A DNA stretch of 62,630 nucleotides, filler included, from Hausera hauseri (Eukaryota), in assembly GCA_046269625.1 (NCBI GenBank). It is 11 parts of 11 records of this genome, joined end to end, with 100 filler letters (N's around TTAATTAATTAA, not from the genome) between each part and the next. Parts side by side here need not be neighbours in the genome. Positions count along the whole stretch, not along the records: positions 32,183 to 42,408 come from JBJURY010218854.1; positions 42,509 to 47,270 come from JBJURY010445469.1; positions 47,371 to 51,396 come from JBJURY010809642.1; positions 51,497 to 55,476 come from JBJURY010842413.1; 7 more parts are not named here. One strand, 5' to 3'. Position 1 is the stretch's first letter. Each line of letters starts with the position of its first letter. Under the pieces are notes generated by a model, which was not told the DNA's origin, searched no databases, and saw only the letters and a program-made list of their open reading frames with translations. Below are positions 38,431-51,714 of the stretch, in pieces. The position numbers and the translations under genes are program-made.

Positions 38431-39745
38431 ACACGCCCCCGGGCACACTACTTTTCCCCTCTCTATTTTCGTTTTCCTAAATAATAAGCACATATACACA
38501 CTCATTACATTACATTTACATATTGCAACCCTTTGTGCTTTCATTTCTTTCTTACTCAGCTCTTTCGATTTTTATCTAACACATAACGGTCTATAGTACC
38601 ACTCACCGGAACCCTACCATCTTTCCCAACCCACATTTGTATCCATATACATTTCCGTACCCGTGGTGGCATTAACTCATCGCCAAATATAGTTACCACG
38701 GATAAAACCACCACGAAACCAAAACATGTTACATTGCTTCAAAAAACTCATTTCTACCCCTGCTAGCAACCTCTCACCTACTACCGCTTTGGCTCCTCTT
38801 TCTCATTGCGCCGATTTCTTTATTGACAACCAAGGCTCCAGCAAAACTTAGTTGCAATTTCATCAACTATGGCTGCAGGGAAATAACATTACTGACTCTC
38901 TAATTAAAACACAATCTTCTCTTTTTACTCCCTAATAACATCAAAACACGCATTCACAACAACATCGAAATCTTTCAACTTCCAGACGCATATTCCCAAC
39001 TTTTCAATGCAGTTCTTAAGATCACAGAATCTTCCATGGACACGATCATACAACGTTTCTTCCACGATAAAACTATAGGCACCCAACGACCATCAGAATT
39101 TTTACGCACCTTTTTGGCACATCTATATACCCTCGGCGTCACTAAAGAACACAACCCAGATCTACTGCGCCACTATTTCCGCAATGCGTTACCTATCCAA
39201 ATTCGGGCTCTACTTACCGTGGTGGAGGACTTCACACCGCTTGAGAAATTGGCCGAATTAGCCGATAGGACACACGACGTTCTACACGTAAATTCCCCAC
39301 CAGTTTTTTCGGCAGCAGTTGCCGCTAACGATATTCAAACCAATAATACATCAATAAAACAACAGCTTAATTAGCTACGTGCTGAAAATATTGCACTACA
39401 CGCAACAATCAACAATATTAATAATAAAGTAATAGAACTCACCCTGTCCCGCCGGAGGGATTTTGTCGCTGACCGCGTTCGTTCTGTGTCTATAAACCGC
39501 TCACCATCCTTTGTACGTTCGTCGATCTGCTATTACAACAGCAGATTTAACACTAATGCTCAGAAGTGCTGCCTAGGGTGCAAATTTTATAACAAAAGTT
39601 TTTCCTTGCACACCGTTGTTTGCATCTACCACGCAAGGTTCAAAAACCATGCTCCTAAATGTATTCCAGGCTGCACTTTCAAATCAGATACGAACGACGG
39701 ACGTACTACCTTTCCTTCTAATAGTCGCCCTGGTTCATCCTTTCA

Positions 39746-39755
39746 AAAAAACTAA
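39746..39755 (+). promoter_or_regulatory. -1 ribosomal frameshift slippery site A AAA AAC at the Gag stop
   Basis: AAAAAAC immediately before the Gag TAA (39753-55), with the protease region downstream. Confidence 0.65.
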
Positions 39756-42508
39756 GTTCGCCGCCAAAAGTAACGACAAACTCTGGCAAAGGCACTATTT
39801 CACTTTCTGAACGCCGACACGTTTCTTTTGCTGTCTTTACTCTAAAGGCTGCAATCACCGCTCCTACAACGCAATCTGTTGATTTACTCATTGATACAGG
39901 TGCAGCGATTTCTTTATTACCACAAACCTTTCCTGTACAAAATTCTTCATTCAAAATTAAGCACTTATACACTGCTTTAGGCCAACCGCTGTACATTTCT
40001 GGCATGGCTAAATTATCTTTTACCTGACCAATATTTCCTTCATCTTTCCACTGGATATTTTCAGTCGCTAACGTTCAGACGGCAATTCTAGGATTTGACT
40101 TTCTCTCGGACTATAATTTATTGCTCGACTGCAGTCAGCTATGTTTGATAAACGGCACCACTGGCGACATTTCTGGGTACGTCAATAGCATTTCGACTAC
40201 CGCACAGTCTACCGGAACGCGGAGGTCAATCTTAAAAAATCAATGAATAATTCGAATTTTCATAACAATAGTTCAATTCGTAAATTTTTATATAATAATA
40301 TTAATATTCCATTGAGGTTCGATGTCGATAGACGTGGTACTGCCACCAACGTTAATTCATTTGACGAAATCACTTCACCCAACACCATTTTCAATTCGAC
40401 CACCTTACACCAAATATCACATGACTGCGCATTACCAAGCAACTCACAAATTGCATCCACTACTACTCAAGCCGTTTCACCACTTTCATCGAATCTCTCA
40501 CAGTTACCTACAACTTTACAGCAATATGTCAACACATCATACCCAAGCTTACTTAAAAAATACCGTAAGTTTACGCCCGAAAACAGTACTTTACACCGCA
40601 TAGTTACACAGCATCATCGACCAATACGCCAAAAGGTACGACCTTTGTCACCTCGTCGTAGACAGGCCGTCGAAGCCGAATTGCTTGAACTAGAACGTTC
40701 CAGCATAATACGCCGTTTCAAATCTCCTTAGTAATTACCTTTACACGTTGTACAAAAAAGTACGGTACTTTTAGACCATGCGGTGACTAGCGACAGCTGA
40801 ATAACTTGACTATCATGGATGCGTACCCTTTGTCACTCATCAAGGATATCCTGCATTGTCTTAATTCAACCACCATCTATTCGACCATTGATTTAGCTAA
40901 AGCATACCATCAAATACCGGTTGCACCCGAAGACATAAAAACACTGCTGTCACTACTCCTTTTGGTCTCTACGAATACATGTTTATGCCATTCGTTTTTT
41001 CGGAATGCCGCATAAACTTTTCAGCCACACATTGATTCAATTCTTTCAAAATTCCCGTTTGCACACCTTTATATCCATGATATTCTAGTCGTTTCATCTT
41101 CGGCCAAACAACACGAGGAACACCTTCGCGCAATATTCCAACGTCTTAACCACCATAATTTCCAAGTCAATTTCGACAAATGCCATTTTTTCAAAAAGCA
41201 CATTAACTTTTAGGCCACGCTATTTCATCAGACGGTCATTCGCCCTAACCAGACCGAGTCGAAGCTCTTAAAAATATCCAGTTGCCACGTACAACCACCG
41301 AAATGCGCAGTTTCCTTGGTACACTACACTTTGTACATAATTATGTACCATATTGCTCAGAATTGACAGCACCATTAGCACACCTAAGCGGCGGCAAAAA
41401 ACATCAGCCAATCCAGTGGACACCTGAATTGGTTGAAAAATTTGATAAGCTACACGAAGGAATTAAGACCGTCGACATTCTCGCTTTCCCCAAGCCTGAT
41501 GCAGAACTCATCCTTACTACAGACGCGTCAACCACTGAAGTAGACGCTGTACTCCACCAAATCTACAAGGGAAAAAGTCAACCATTAGAATTTTTCTTTC
41601 GCAAGCTAATATCCCCTAAAACCAGACATTCAACGTTCGATCGAGAACTATTGGCCATCGTTCTCGCTTTAAAGCATTTCTTCCACTTACTTGTCGCTCG
41701 TCATTTTACTATACAAATCGACCACCAGCCCTTACTTAACATCATGGCTATGAAACACCCTTCCACACGCCAAGAAGGACAAATACCATACTTATCGACG
41801 TTTAACTTCGACATTAAACACATTAACGGAGTTAACAATTTGGTTGCCGATTTTTTATCTAGGTCGGTTGGTTCGATTAGATTTTCACCGATTTTTACGC
41901 AAGATCAACTTCAACAGAACCAGCCACATCAGGACATGTTTAATTCTTTCAAGTCTTGCACAATCGTTGACGACACTTCCAAACCAGGCAATTCCGTAAT
42001 AATTTTAGCACCATCATTGCATTCACTACATCATGCTGGTTCTAAAGCCACTTTTTGTTTACTCCATCGATAAGTAATTTGGCAGTCAATGCGTTCTGAT
42101 GTGCAGGCATGGGTTAAGGAGTGTGTGGCTTGCCAAAAATACAAAACAGCTAAGAACTTAAAGACACCACTATTCCACTTTCCCTGCACATTGCGTTTCG
42201 AATCCATGCATATCGACATCGTTGGCCTTCTTCCTCCAGACAACGGACATAAATTTATTCTCACCATGATGGACCGTTCCTCGCGATGGCCCGAAGCCGT
42301 CCCTCTGCGGAACACAAACACCGACACTATAGCTGACGTTTTCATTCGTACATGGATTAGCAGGTTTGGATCACCTCGCTTCATCGTCACGGACCAGAGT
42401 CCACAGTTNNNNNNNNNNNNNNNNNNNNNNNNNNNNNNNNNNNNNNNNNNNNTTAATTAATTAANNNNNNNNNNNNNNNNNNNNNNNNNNNNNNNNNNNN
42501 NNNNNNNN

Positions 42509-45500
42509 TACCACCAAATTCCGGTGGCCCCAGCAGATATTCCGAAAACGGCTGTCATTACACCTTTCGGCCTTTTCGAGTACCTTTTCATGCCTTTAGT
42601 ACTCCGTAGCGCTTCCCAGACTTTCCGAAGGCATATTGATACAGTCGTATGAGGTTTAGACTTTGCTTATCCCTATGTCGATGATATCTTAATTGCATCA
42701 TCATCCTCAAAGCAACACTCCGAACACTTACGTCTAATCTTCCAACGCTTGCATTAAAACAACTTGAAAATTAATTTCTCCAAATGGTTCTTTTTCTACA
42801 TAAGGTGAACTTCCTAGGACATGTTATTAGCTCCTCCGGACACTCACCTCAGCCAGAGCGCATCACACAGCTCAAAAACATTCGGCTACCACGTACATCA
42901 ACAGAGATTCGTTCTTTTCTAGGAACCTTGCACTTTATTTATAAGTATGTTGCACGCTGCTCCACTCTAACCGCTCCATTTGCATCGCTAAGCTCTGGCA
43001 AGAAAAAAAAACAGCCTATTCAATGGACTGCCAAGCTAGTCAACGCTTTCGATCACCTTAAAGATAATCTAAAAACTGTGGAAATCCTGGCCTATCCCGA
43101 CTCCCATGCAGAACTCTTCTTAACCACGGATGCATCTACAACAGCTGCAGGTGTCGGCCCTCATCAAGTTTAAAAGGGATCCCATGAGCCATTAGAATTC
43201 GTCTCGAAAATTCACGGCACGAGAGCAAAGATATTCCACCTTTGACTGAGAGTTGCTTGCAATGGTTCTTGCCGTAAAACACTTTAAACATCTGCTAACT
43301 GCACAAAATTTTACAATGCAAACGGATCACAAGCCCTTGTTTCAAATTCTCACCATAAAGTCGCCTTATCCACGTCAGGAGAGGCAAATACCGTTTTTGT
43401 TCACATTTAATTTTGAAATTAAGCACCAAAAACGGAGTCGACAATTTAGCAGCTGACTTTTTGTCCCAATCGGTCAGCTCGATTGATTTTACGCCAATTT
43501 TCCATAAATCCAAACTTCAACAAAACCAGCCACCTCCTGACATCCTTAAATCTTTTAAATCGTGCAAAACCATCGATGGTGTCGCCTTTAACACTTTCAA
43601 ACCTAATAATACTAAGGTCATCCTTTCTGAATCGCTTCAAAAAGAAGCATTCATTCGTTGCATCATCTCGGTGCCAAAGCCACTTTCGACTCTTACAACG
43701 CCAAGTAGTGTGGCCGTCAATGCGCTCTGATGTGCAGGCATGGGTCAGGCAATGTGTGGCATGCTAAAAATACAAATTTAGTAAGCACTTAAAGCCACCA
43801 CTATATCATTTCCCTGCACGTCGCGTTTTGTGTCTGTTCACATTGGCCTTGTAGGCCCACTACCCTTAGACAACGGCCATCAGTTCATGCTCACAATGAT
43901 GGACTGTTCCTCGAGATGGCCAGAGGCTGTCCCGCTTCGGAGTACCAACACAAACAATCGCAGACGTTTTCATCTGCACTTGGATCAGCAGGTTTGGATC
44001 ACCTCATCACATCATTTCGTACCAAGGTCCACAGTTCGAGTCCAACCTGTTTAAAGCTCTTGTTAATCGATTGGGAATTAACCACATTAGTACGTCACCA
44101 TATCATCCTCAATCGAATGGCCTTCTTGAATGCTTTCACAGAACTATGAAAACGTCTCTCAAAATCCTTGCTGAGTCCAATTGCATTTGGACCACACTTC
44201 TTCCGTATGTTCTGCTTGGCTGGCGGAACACACCATCTACTTCTACAGGCTATTCACCTGCAGAAGCATTATTTGGCACTTCTCTCAGATCATTATTCGA
44301 GATGACTGAGCTGGAGAATATTCCTACAGACGAAACCATACAAGCGGCACAGAAACACTTCGTTGACGTCAGCAAAGACTCATTTTGTAGACTGTTACAC
44401 GGAAATAAACCATACATACCCGACGATTTATATACTGCCAAGTTCGTATGGCTAAAGAATCAGGCGCCGTGTGGTTTTCAACCTCAGTATGTTGGCCCTT
44501 ACAAAGTAATTTGTTTAAACTCTCACAACATCATAATTCTCAAGGACGACAAAGAAGTAACAGTAAACATCAACAACACTAAGCCAGCCTTCTTCATTGA
44601 CGACACGTCTCCCATCGAAACCACTTCTCCACCAACATCTTAACACGACGCGCAGCAATCCAACAATTCGCCATCTATCTCTGTTCAATTTCTTAATCCA
44701 CTTTTGCCTACGCTTTCTCCCAAGACTTCTATTTCAATCTCTTCTGACAATTCAGCCTACCCCCACCCGATTTTGCACCTTCAAGCCTTTTTACACCACT
44801 TTCATCCACTCATAACAACCTGCTTTCTCCTTTTACAGTACTTCTTCCATCAAACACCACTTCGACTTTACCAATCTCTTCATCTACTCCTTTCATGATT
44901 CCAACATCTTGCATAACATTTTCCAACTACTCTCCTTCGCCTTTTCCATCTTCTTGCTCTCTTCCGTTTTGTCCCTCTTCGCCGTTTTCTCTCTCTGTTT
45001 CTCCTACCACACCTTCCTCATTTTCGGTGCTTTCTTTCTCCATTTTCCTCACAAATCGTCTTCTACTCCTTTCATTTCCGCTTCGAAACTTTCTTCTTTC
45101 TTTACTTATATCCCTATCTATCTTTCTCTCTCTACCACTACCTCTATTTCATCTTCCACTTCCACTCTTTCAACCAATTCTATTCCAACTTCTACTCCAA
45201 CTTTTGTCTATCTTCCTTCATCCTCCACTACACCTTTTATCATTCCTTCGTCTTTAAACAGTCTCTTAAACACCTTTAACCATCCATCTCCCACAATCTC
45301 TATTCCTACTTCGCTTTCTTCTCCCTCTCTTCTTTCTGACTCATTTTCGCACGACACAACACTCACAACAAATCCGACAATTTTTTCCCCAACTTCAACC
45401 TTTGCAAGCAAACACACAGCATAAAGACAAAACACGCACAGTCACATTTACAAGTATAACAGGGAATAATCAGTAGAAGGTAACTAACATCTTGTTCACA

Positions 45501-45700
45501 CTAAGACCGACTGACACAGACAAGTTTTGTTTTGCGGTTTTTTCTCTCCGTCTCTTTTACCCTTTACAGTTTTCACTTTGCCACGGGGGGTGATGTGGTG
45601 CCCACAGCGGCCGGAGAACTTTGGCCCATTTGGTTGGACACGGCCGGGCGTCCCCTGCCGCCGCGTCGGGCCCATAGGCGGGCCCCAATCTCCCACCTCA
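42509..45700 (+). mobile_element. CsRn1-like gypsy copy H, 3' half (RT, RNase H, integrase, Ser/Thr/Pro tail, PPT, 3' terminal repeat)
   Basis: YVDD; TTDAS; YHPQSNGLLECFHRTMK; YVGPYKV; PPT CGGGGGGTGA at 45584-45593 followed by TG...CA. Confidence 0.93.
45594..45700 (+). repeat. 107-bp GC-rich 3' terminal repeat (TGTGGTG...CACCTCA)
   Basis: Directly follows the PPT and has a 6/7 terminal inverted repeat. GC content drops sharply after 45700. Confidence 0.85.
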
Positions 45701-46065
45701 AAAGAAATCATTACAGCACTCTGACAAATTCAAATGTGCCTCAATACGCTATCGTTCCATCCAAAATACAGAACGTGTACATATCAAACCACTTAAAGTT
45801 GCCCATTTCTTCATCTCATTCATTACCGTCAATCAATCTCAGCTTAAACGTTCTACAGGTAGAAACATCAGACTTTGCAGATTTACCTACCACAAACAAA
45901 GTTGTCAAGAAATCAGCTGAAAAGAAAATCAATGCTGCAGGACAGGATTCCATGACGCCGAATATGAACAAATCCGGCGTTGTTAATAACTCAACTGCAT
46001 CCACACCAGTCGGATTTGTGAATAATAAAAAAGACGAAAAGAAAGATGAACCAAAATTTGATTAG
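45701..46065 (+). CDS. Probable host ORF fragment downstream of the insertion
   Basis: About 120 codons open from the element end (part of ORF 45532-46065). No domain recognised. Confidence 0.3.
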
Positions 46066-46971
46066 GCGCGAAAGGTTCCGACCCGGACTTTTCGTCGCCC
46101 TTGATGATTCGAATGGGTTCATCTGCTAAACAGGTTGGTAAAGACTTTTATCAAAGTATCCAAATGTATTTGAAATATTTAAAATCAATTTGAATATTTT
46201 CAAGAAGATGCGTCTACAGATGATAAAGCAGACATACTTTTCTCCAAGCTGGATTCATGCCGAGCACTTGAAACAATTCAAAACATAATGAATGGAGAAA
46301 ATTTTGACTTTCAAATGCGCTTTGATTTTTCCAGATCAATTGGCAAATTGTAGTTTATAACAGTAGATGGAATGAATAAGAAATAAAAATATGGTTCGAC
46401 AAATACGTTAATGGATAAGTGTTATCGACTAAATGAGGAGTATATGCGGATTTTAAAAAAGAACAATCCAAATCTAAAATCATACGAATCATTTGCATTT
46501 AGGAATGTTCAGAATTTTCTTGACTTGATTCTCATTGAAGAGAAATATTCCTCATTACTTTTGATAATTTATGATAATTTTATAATTCTTGTTGATGATA
46601 TCTTTTGATCAGGATCGATGGATATTGTGTAATTCTTAACTAATATCGTAGTTTTAAAAGTCGATGTAAGTTTCCAAATTTTAACATGGAAAATTCAGAA
46701 TACAGATTGGTTTTTCTTTGATCATTTTGGTGTCAATTCACATGATGAGCTGATTGATCCAACATTTGAATTATTTACTATCTTTTCATTGAATACAACT
46801 TCAACGCTGAAGGCTGCCGAAGTTTTAATAACAATTTTAAAAGGAGCAGATTTGTCTCACGAGATAGCAGATAATGCGCTTTTCGTGTACCTTGGTCACG
46901 GCAAGGAAATGTTGAACAACGTCGAGGATTTTCTTTATAGCACGAAACCCCGGCATTTCATTTAATGTCGC

Positions 46972-47184
46972 TTAAAGGTTTCCAAGCAAGGGATCGGTAC
47001 TGACGTTTAGCAAGCTGCCAATTTCCGATTCAGCGTCTAATGAAGTTTCAAAATTTATAAGAATATAATTGCAATTAATTAAAATTGACTTAATCATTCC
47101 ATACTTCCGAAAATACTTGATGACCATTTCTTGGTGGATTTCATTACCAGAGTCATGGACACACAAAATCGAATCGTTTTTCAT
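46972..47184 (-). pseudogene. RRM domain fragment
   Basis: ILCVHD..EIHQEMVIKYFRKYGMIKSILINCNYILINFETSLDAE matches the RRM pattern. Confidence 0.55.
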
Positions 47185-47370
47185 TTGTAAAGTTATAACA
47201 ATTAATTACCAAAGTATCAGTAAAAAAGCAACAGACATTTTAATCTACAAAATTAAGTAAGAAAATATTTNNNNNNNNNNNNNNNNNNNNNNNNNNNNNN
47301 NNNNNNNNNNNNNNTTAATTAATTAANNNNNNNNNNNNNNNNNNNNNNNNNNNNNNNNNNNNNNNNNNNN

Positions 47371-48893
47371 CTCGGTTTATCCTATCATCATAGAAAATGT
47401 TCTGTCTAAGCGATGATCTGTTTTAGGATTGACCTTTATTTTTAATTTAGAATCGTAAGTATGGCCGATAATGCGAAAATTCCAGAGCAGAGTTCCGAAC
47501 ACGATATAAACGATTTCTTACGGCAGTACACTACAGTCTTAAATCTTCCATGAAAAAGTTTATACCAACAGACTTGAGAGAATTTGAAGAATAAAAGGTA
47601 TGTAGAAATTAAGCAAGAAAGTAAAATGCCAAATGGATTAAAATGGGGCTTAGAAGAAAATCGTGTAATTCGCTTATATGCAATGAGAGACGAAAGATGC
47701 ACAACTATACCTGTTGAAAGACTTAATTCCCTACGAACCTACACACCATATACATTTGGCACACAGGTAAATCCAATGTAGCATCGTGGAACAGCCCTGG
47801 AGCACTCAAAAGGACCAACAATAGAGATCTAGTACATATGAGCTGCGTTGCTCTAGTCTCAGATTACGCCCAAGAATTCAGAATTGTCTATATTCCCACT
47901 AAATCATGATAAAATTAACATTACGTACCTATATAATAAAACGTCTACCACCAATCTTACGTCTACAGAAGCCTTCGGAAGATGACATAGAACAAAGTGG
48001 AGAGTCGTTTAGGCTAGTCTCGGATGGCAGGAAAGTTAGAATTTTAGCAGTAAACTATGGAGAAAAAGAAGACGCTTGGTACATACCAATAGAAATATCC
48101 ATCAGAGATCTAAACGGAGAAGAATTAATAAACAAAATAATTGTACTCAGAACCAATGAAAGACACCTTTACCGATATTACTGGAATCACAATACTACAA
48201 TGGGAAAAGGGTAAGGACTTCCTCGAAAAACAGTAGGACGTAAGTCATTGCCTATATAGATACATCGTAGCAGGGTATAGAGTTCATAAGATACTGGAAA
48301 AATGAGGAATCCGAAAAAATACACAACCAGAATTCGAGAACTGAGCAACAATCCAACGGTTAAAAAAACAGGGAGAGTTATAATGAAAAACAGAGGATGT
48401 TTACTCTCTCCAGCTTCAGACGAATCCCGATTTAAAATAAAGTTAGAAACCATGAATGGCAACTATTTCCGTTCACCGAAGCTGTTAACAGCAAGTCAAA
48501 AGACAAAATACATAAGAGATATTTACATTCCTGTACGATGGGATCATGAATGGAAACCAATAAAGTTTTGTCTGATAGTAATCCTAGTATTTTAATACAG
48601 ATATTTCGAAGAGGATTCAGAGAATACTCCATACGTAGGTAAATTAATCCCCGGAAGGATAAAAATTTCCAAATCACTGTTCAAACCGAATCAACCAAGC
48701 TACCCAGACAGAAACAACTACAACCAATTAAAAATGTTCAGGATGATATGTTTCAATCGGGCAGTTTATATCAAACAGACCACCGAACACCAATCAAGCA
48801 ACCACAAATTCCTAAGAATCCTGACGCGAATAAACAACCCGATAAGAAAATAACAGAGGAAGGAATAGAGAAAGCAAGGTTTTCACCCTTTGG
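47371..48893 (+). pseudogene. Degraded A-rich ORF remnants (probably retroelement accessory region)
   Basis: Chain of codirectional fragments (47584, 47906, 48302, 48748) ending at the repeat boundary 48894. Confidence 0.3.
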
Positions 48894-49716
48894 AGTAGGT
48901 AGAAGTGAGCTTTCTGCCGCACTCCTCTGATTAGTCCGAAAATCATCGGTCCTCACCTGATTGTCTAAAACGACCATTTTGCTAAAAATAGTGATAATCC
49001 CCACTTTGGACCGTGACAAATCGGTCGAGCCGGACAAGGCGAGCAAAGGTCAACAGCGCCGCGAAACCAAAAAATGTAACCTGGCGGCACAGGAAGCGGA
49101 AGAAAAAAACGGGTGCTGTGCAACCAGCAACACAACACATGTTGCTGGTATACCGAAATTTAGTACAGAGGTAAAATCGATGTTGGCAAGTCGAATGGAC
49201 ACGGTTTCGTCGTCATCCGACCGTGGGAACATGGGGAAAACCGCTTGGGAAAATTTTCCCCTGTTCAAGTCTGGCGGTGATGGAAATGTGTCCGGTACAT
49301 TGCCCATAAGTTGGGGAAAATTTCATATTATAACGGCCTCACGATCAGACCAACAGATCCGGGTGAAAATTCAAAAAATCAAAAAACGCTTGATAAAAAG
49401 TCAAAATCATTATCGTTGTAAATGCGTTCGTTTTTTGTAAAAATCGTGAATTTTATTTTGTACGACGATGAAGCTTAATACCAAACGCACAAATAACCAA
49501 CAGCTCATAATTGAATACCACTACTACTTACAAGGAGAATGATTGTGATGGTGACACCCGAGACCGTATGCCTACAAACTAGTGAGTACCACCATCACCA
49601 AATGTGTAACAGAGATATTGAAATGATATAAAAACAGCAACAGCAATATAACAAGTTATATATATTTCAAAATCACAAAAGCAGTCAGTCTGTCCATTCA
49701 AAAAAGCAGAATACGT

Positions 49717-50020
49717 TCACAATATCTGTAACGTAAGCCACAATACGCAGTAATGCCCACACAATACGGTACGTGGATGTTGATAATGAAGTCGATTATA
49801 TTCAACACGATGATATGATTGTCGTTCAGTTTGAGAAACTAACAATGACGGGTAATAAAATCCGCGACGATGGTCGGATGTATGTACACCGCAATCCAAT
49901 GTGCTACCGGTAACGATGAACGGTGTGTATTGACGATGAAACCTCCGCCACCATTTTGTCGTAAGTCCCGTGGCACACGGTCCAGTGGAAACACACCGCG
50001 GAATTTCACACTCAAGAGCA
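49717..50020 (-). pseudogene. Adenain-like maturation cysteine protease (frameshifted)
   Basis: FRGVFPLD..IVNTH...AHWIAVY...YQHPRTVLCGHYCVLWL. Confidence 0.9.
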
Positions 50021-50062
50021 TAAAAATAATAATCATAATAGTAATAATGGTAACAAAGTACT

Positions 50063-50400
50063 TCATGGTACAAAGAGGAAGAAGAAGGTTGATCTACCAC
50101 GTTTTCTCAAGCCACTACCAGCAAATTGTTTTCTGACTGATTCAACGACTCCCGGTGCAGCGCTTTTTATTTCTGTCAAGGCGTGTTCCTTCAGTGATGG
50201 TAAAATCGATTTGTTTTCATATAGTACGTCCTGTGCTGTTTTTGCTGCCATGGCACCGATACGTTTCAACACCGGAAATGCAAAACGTGCCAATGTATGC
50301 AACCGTCCACAGCCGTACTGTTTACCGACAAAATGCGGCAGTTACCCGCCCTGCTTCGGTTTACTGCAAATGGAAACGATTTCAGAATCAATCATGTTGG
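50063..50400 (-). pseudogene. Adintovirus/Polinton core or membrane-lytic (cupiennin-like) protein
   Basis: QYGCG..LARFAFPVLKRIG..AQDVL...FAGSG has an amphipathic helix and adenain-type G-x-G sites, and lies downstream of penton. Confidence 0.65.
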
Positions 50401-50428
50401 TGTTGTTAGATTCGATGGAAATGAAGAG

Positions 50429-51050
50429 TTAAACTGGTTGTGGCACGTACGGAAATTCCATAAGGTAGCCCGCGTCACATCGGATATTTATTTCAACATT
50501 GTTTATAGTTGTAGATGCCACAGGTTGGTACATAGGATTATCGAGCTTGACAGTGTCATTGTGGCCAGCAGTATACTTGCTGCTTTCCGGATAAATTGCA
50601 CGGCGTAGCGGTACACGTACTTCTCCGACAAAAATCGGTTCGGTGACGTTCACGTAAATGTACATTTGACTTAGTCCCGTTTTCAGTTTCGATTTGAGTG
50701 TTGCAACATTTGCCACCTCCGCCCCTGTCTTCGTATGTGATGTCTGAAAGTGATGTTTTTCAAAACCCAGTACCATGGACAAAACTTAGTCCAATGAAAT
50801 GTCGGCAATATCCTTTTTCATTTCAAGTCTAACGTACCCATTTTTATCTGACTCGAAAACTTTAAATATCGCCTTGTACATTTTATTAGAAGAAAAGTGT
50901 TGACAGAGCTGTGCTACAGATTCGCAATAGACATTGTTTCCAATCGATATGTATGACGTTGACACTCTCACTGTTGTATAAGTAAATTTCACCGTTGTCT
51001 GGTAATATACGGGACTTAATCTTGGAGCAACTATATTTTCACTTTTAATA
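50429..51050 (-). pseudogene. Minor capsid protein (penton)
   Basis: LGF...MYIYVNVTEPIFVGEVRVPLRR...PMYQPVASTTINNVEINIRCDAG..MEF. Confidence 0.85.
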
Positions 51051-51496
51051 TGGTTGCTTTTGTACTATGTATTGTTGAATCCAAATTTCTGCGCCATCTC
51101 AGAGGACGGAAAGGTAACAGAAAATTCAAAATTTGCCACAAAAACTAAGTTTTACACTAAAATATAAACACCGATTTTGCCGTGTGAACCGGAACCTGGT
51201 TCGGTTGTGCAAATGACCGATTCTCCAACCGTTATTTTATTGTTAGTAAGTGTCAGAGGACATGAATGTGTTTTGGTTTAAGTAACAGTCTTGTTTTACG
51301 TTATTTTCATACTACCTTTCAATGTCACCGTGCGTAGGGAAAGTTAAATTCCGTCAGTGCAACCTCCCATTGTCCAGCAGATAAATCCAAAGGATTNNNN
51401 NNNNNNNNNNNNNNNNNNNNNNNNNNNNNNNNNNNNNNNNTTAATTAATTAANNNNNNNNNNNNNNNNNNNNNNNNNNNNNNNNNNNNNNNNNNNN

Positions 51497-51714
51497 CGAA
51501 TGCAAAATTTGTAATTCTCAACATAGAAGGATTCACTGGTTATTGTAACTTTGTCCTTATGGTCCTTGTAATTTTTCAATTTCCAGGTATAGCTGTTCAT
51601 TTCTTCAAAATAAAATGGGCTCTCTATACCATTTTTAACCAATGAAACGTGTTGAAAAGTATAATTATGCATCTTGTCATCAATTTCTTTGTAAAAAATG
51701 TCTGAAGATAACAC
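51497..51714 (-). CDS. MATH/TRAF domain N-terminal fragment
   Basis: YTWKLKNY...ITSESFYVENYKFCI runs into the contig end. Confidence 0.6.

Larger units (their letters stand above)
38323..42408 (+). mobile_element. CsRn1-like gypsy copy G2 (terminal repeat, Ubl ending RTRGG 38670, Gag, PR, RT, RNase H, integrase to contig end)
   Basis: HICIHIHFRTRGG; two CHCC motifs; LLIDTGAAISLLP; RT; TTDAS..STFDRELLA; HHAG..WVKECVAC; HIDIVG..MDRSSRWPEAVP..VTDQ. Confidence 0.95.
48894..51396 (-). mobile_element. Polinton/adintovirus remnant: putative terminus/TIR, adenain, core-like protein, penton
   Basis: Starts AGTAGGTAGAAGTG. The ~650-bp non-coding block is homologous to 52301 and 52879, and capsid-module genes lie on the minus strand. 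Confidence 0.8.

Noticed and set aside
45594-45700. The H repeat as the 5' end of a separate minus-strand element
   Set aside because: No Ubl or Gag follows on the minus strand, and it sits after a PPT at the expected 3' position of the plus-strand pol.
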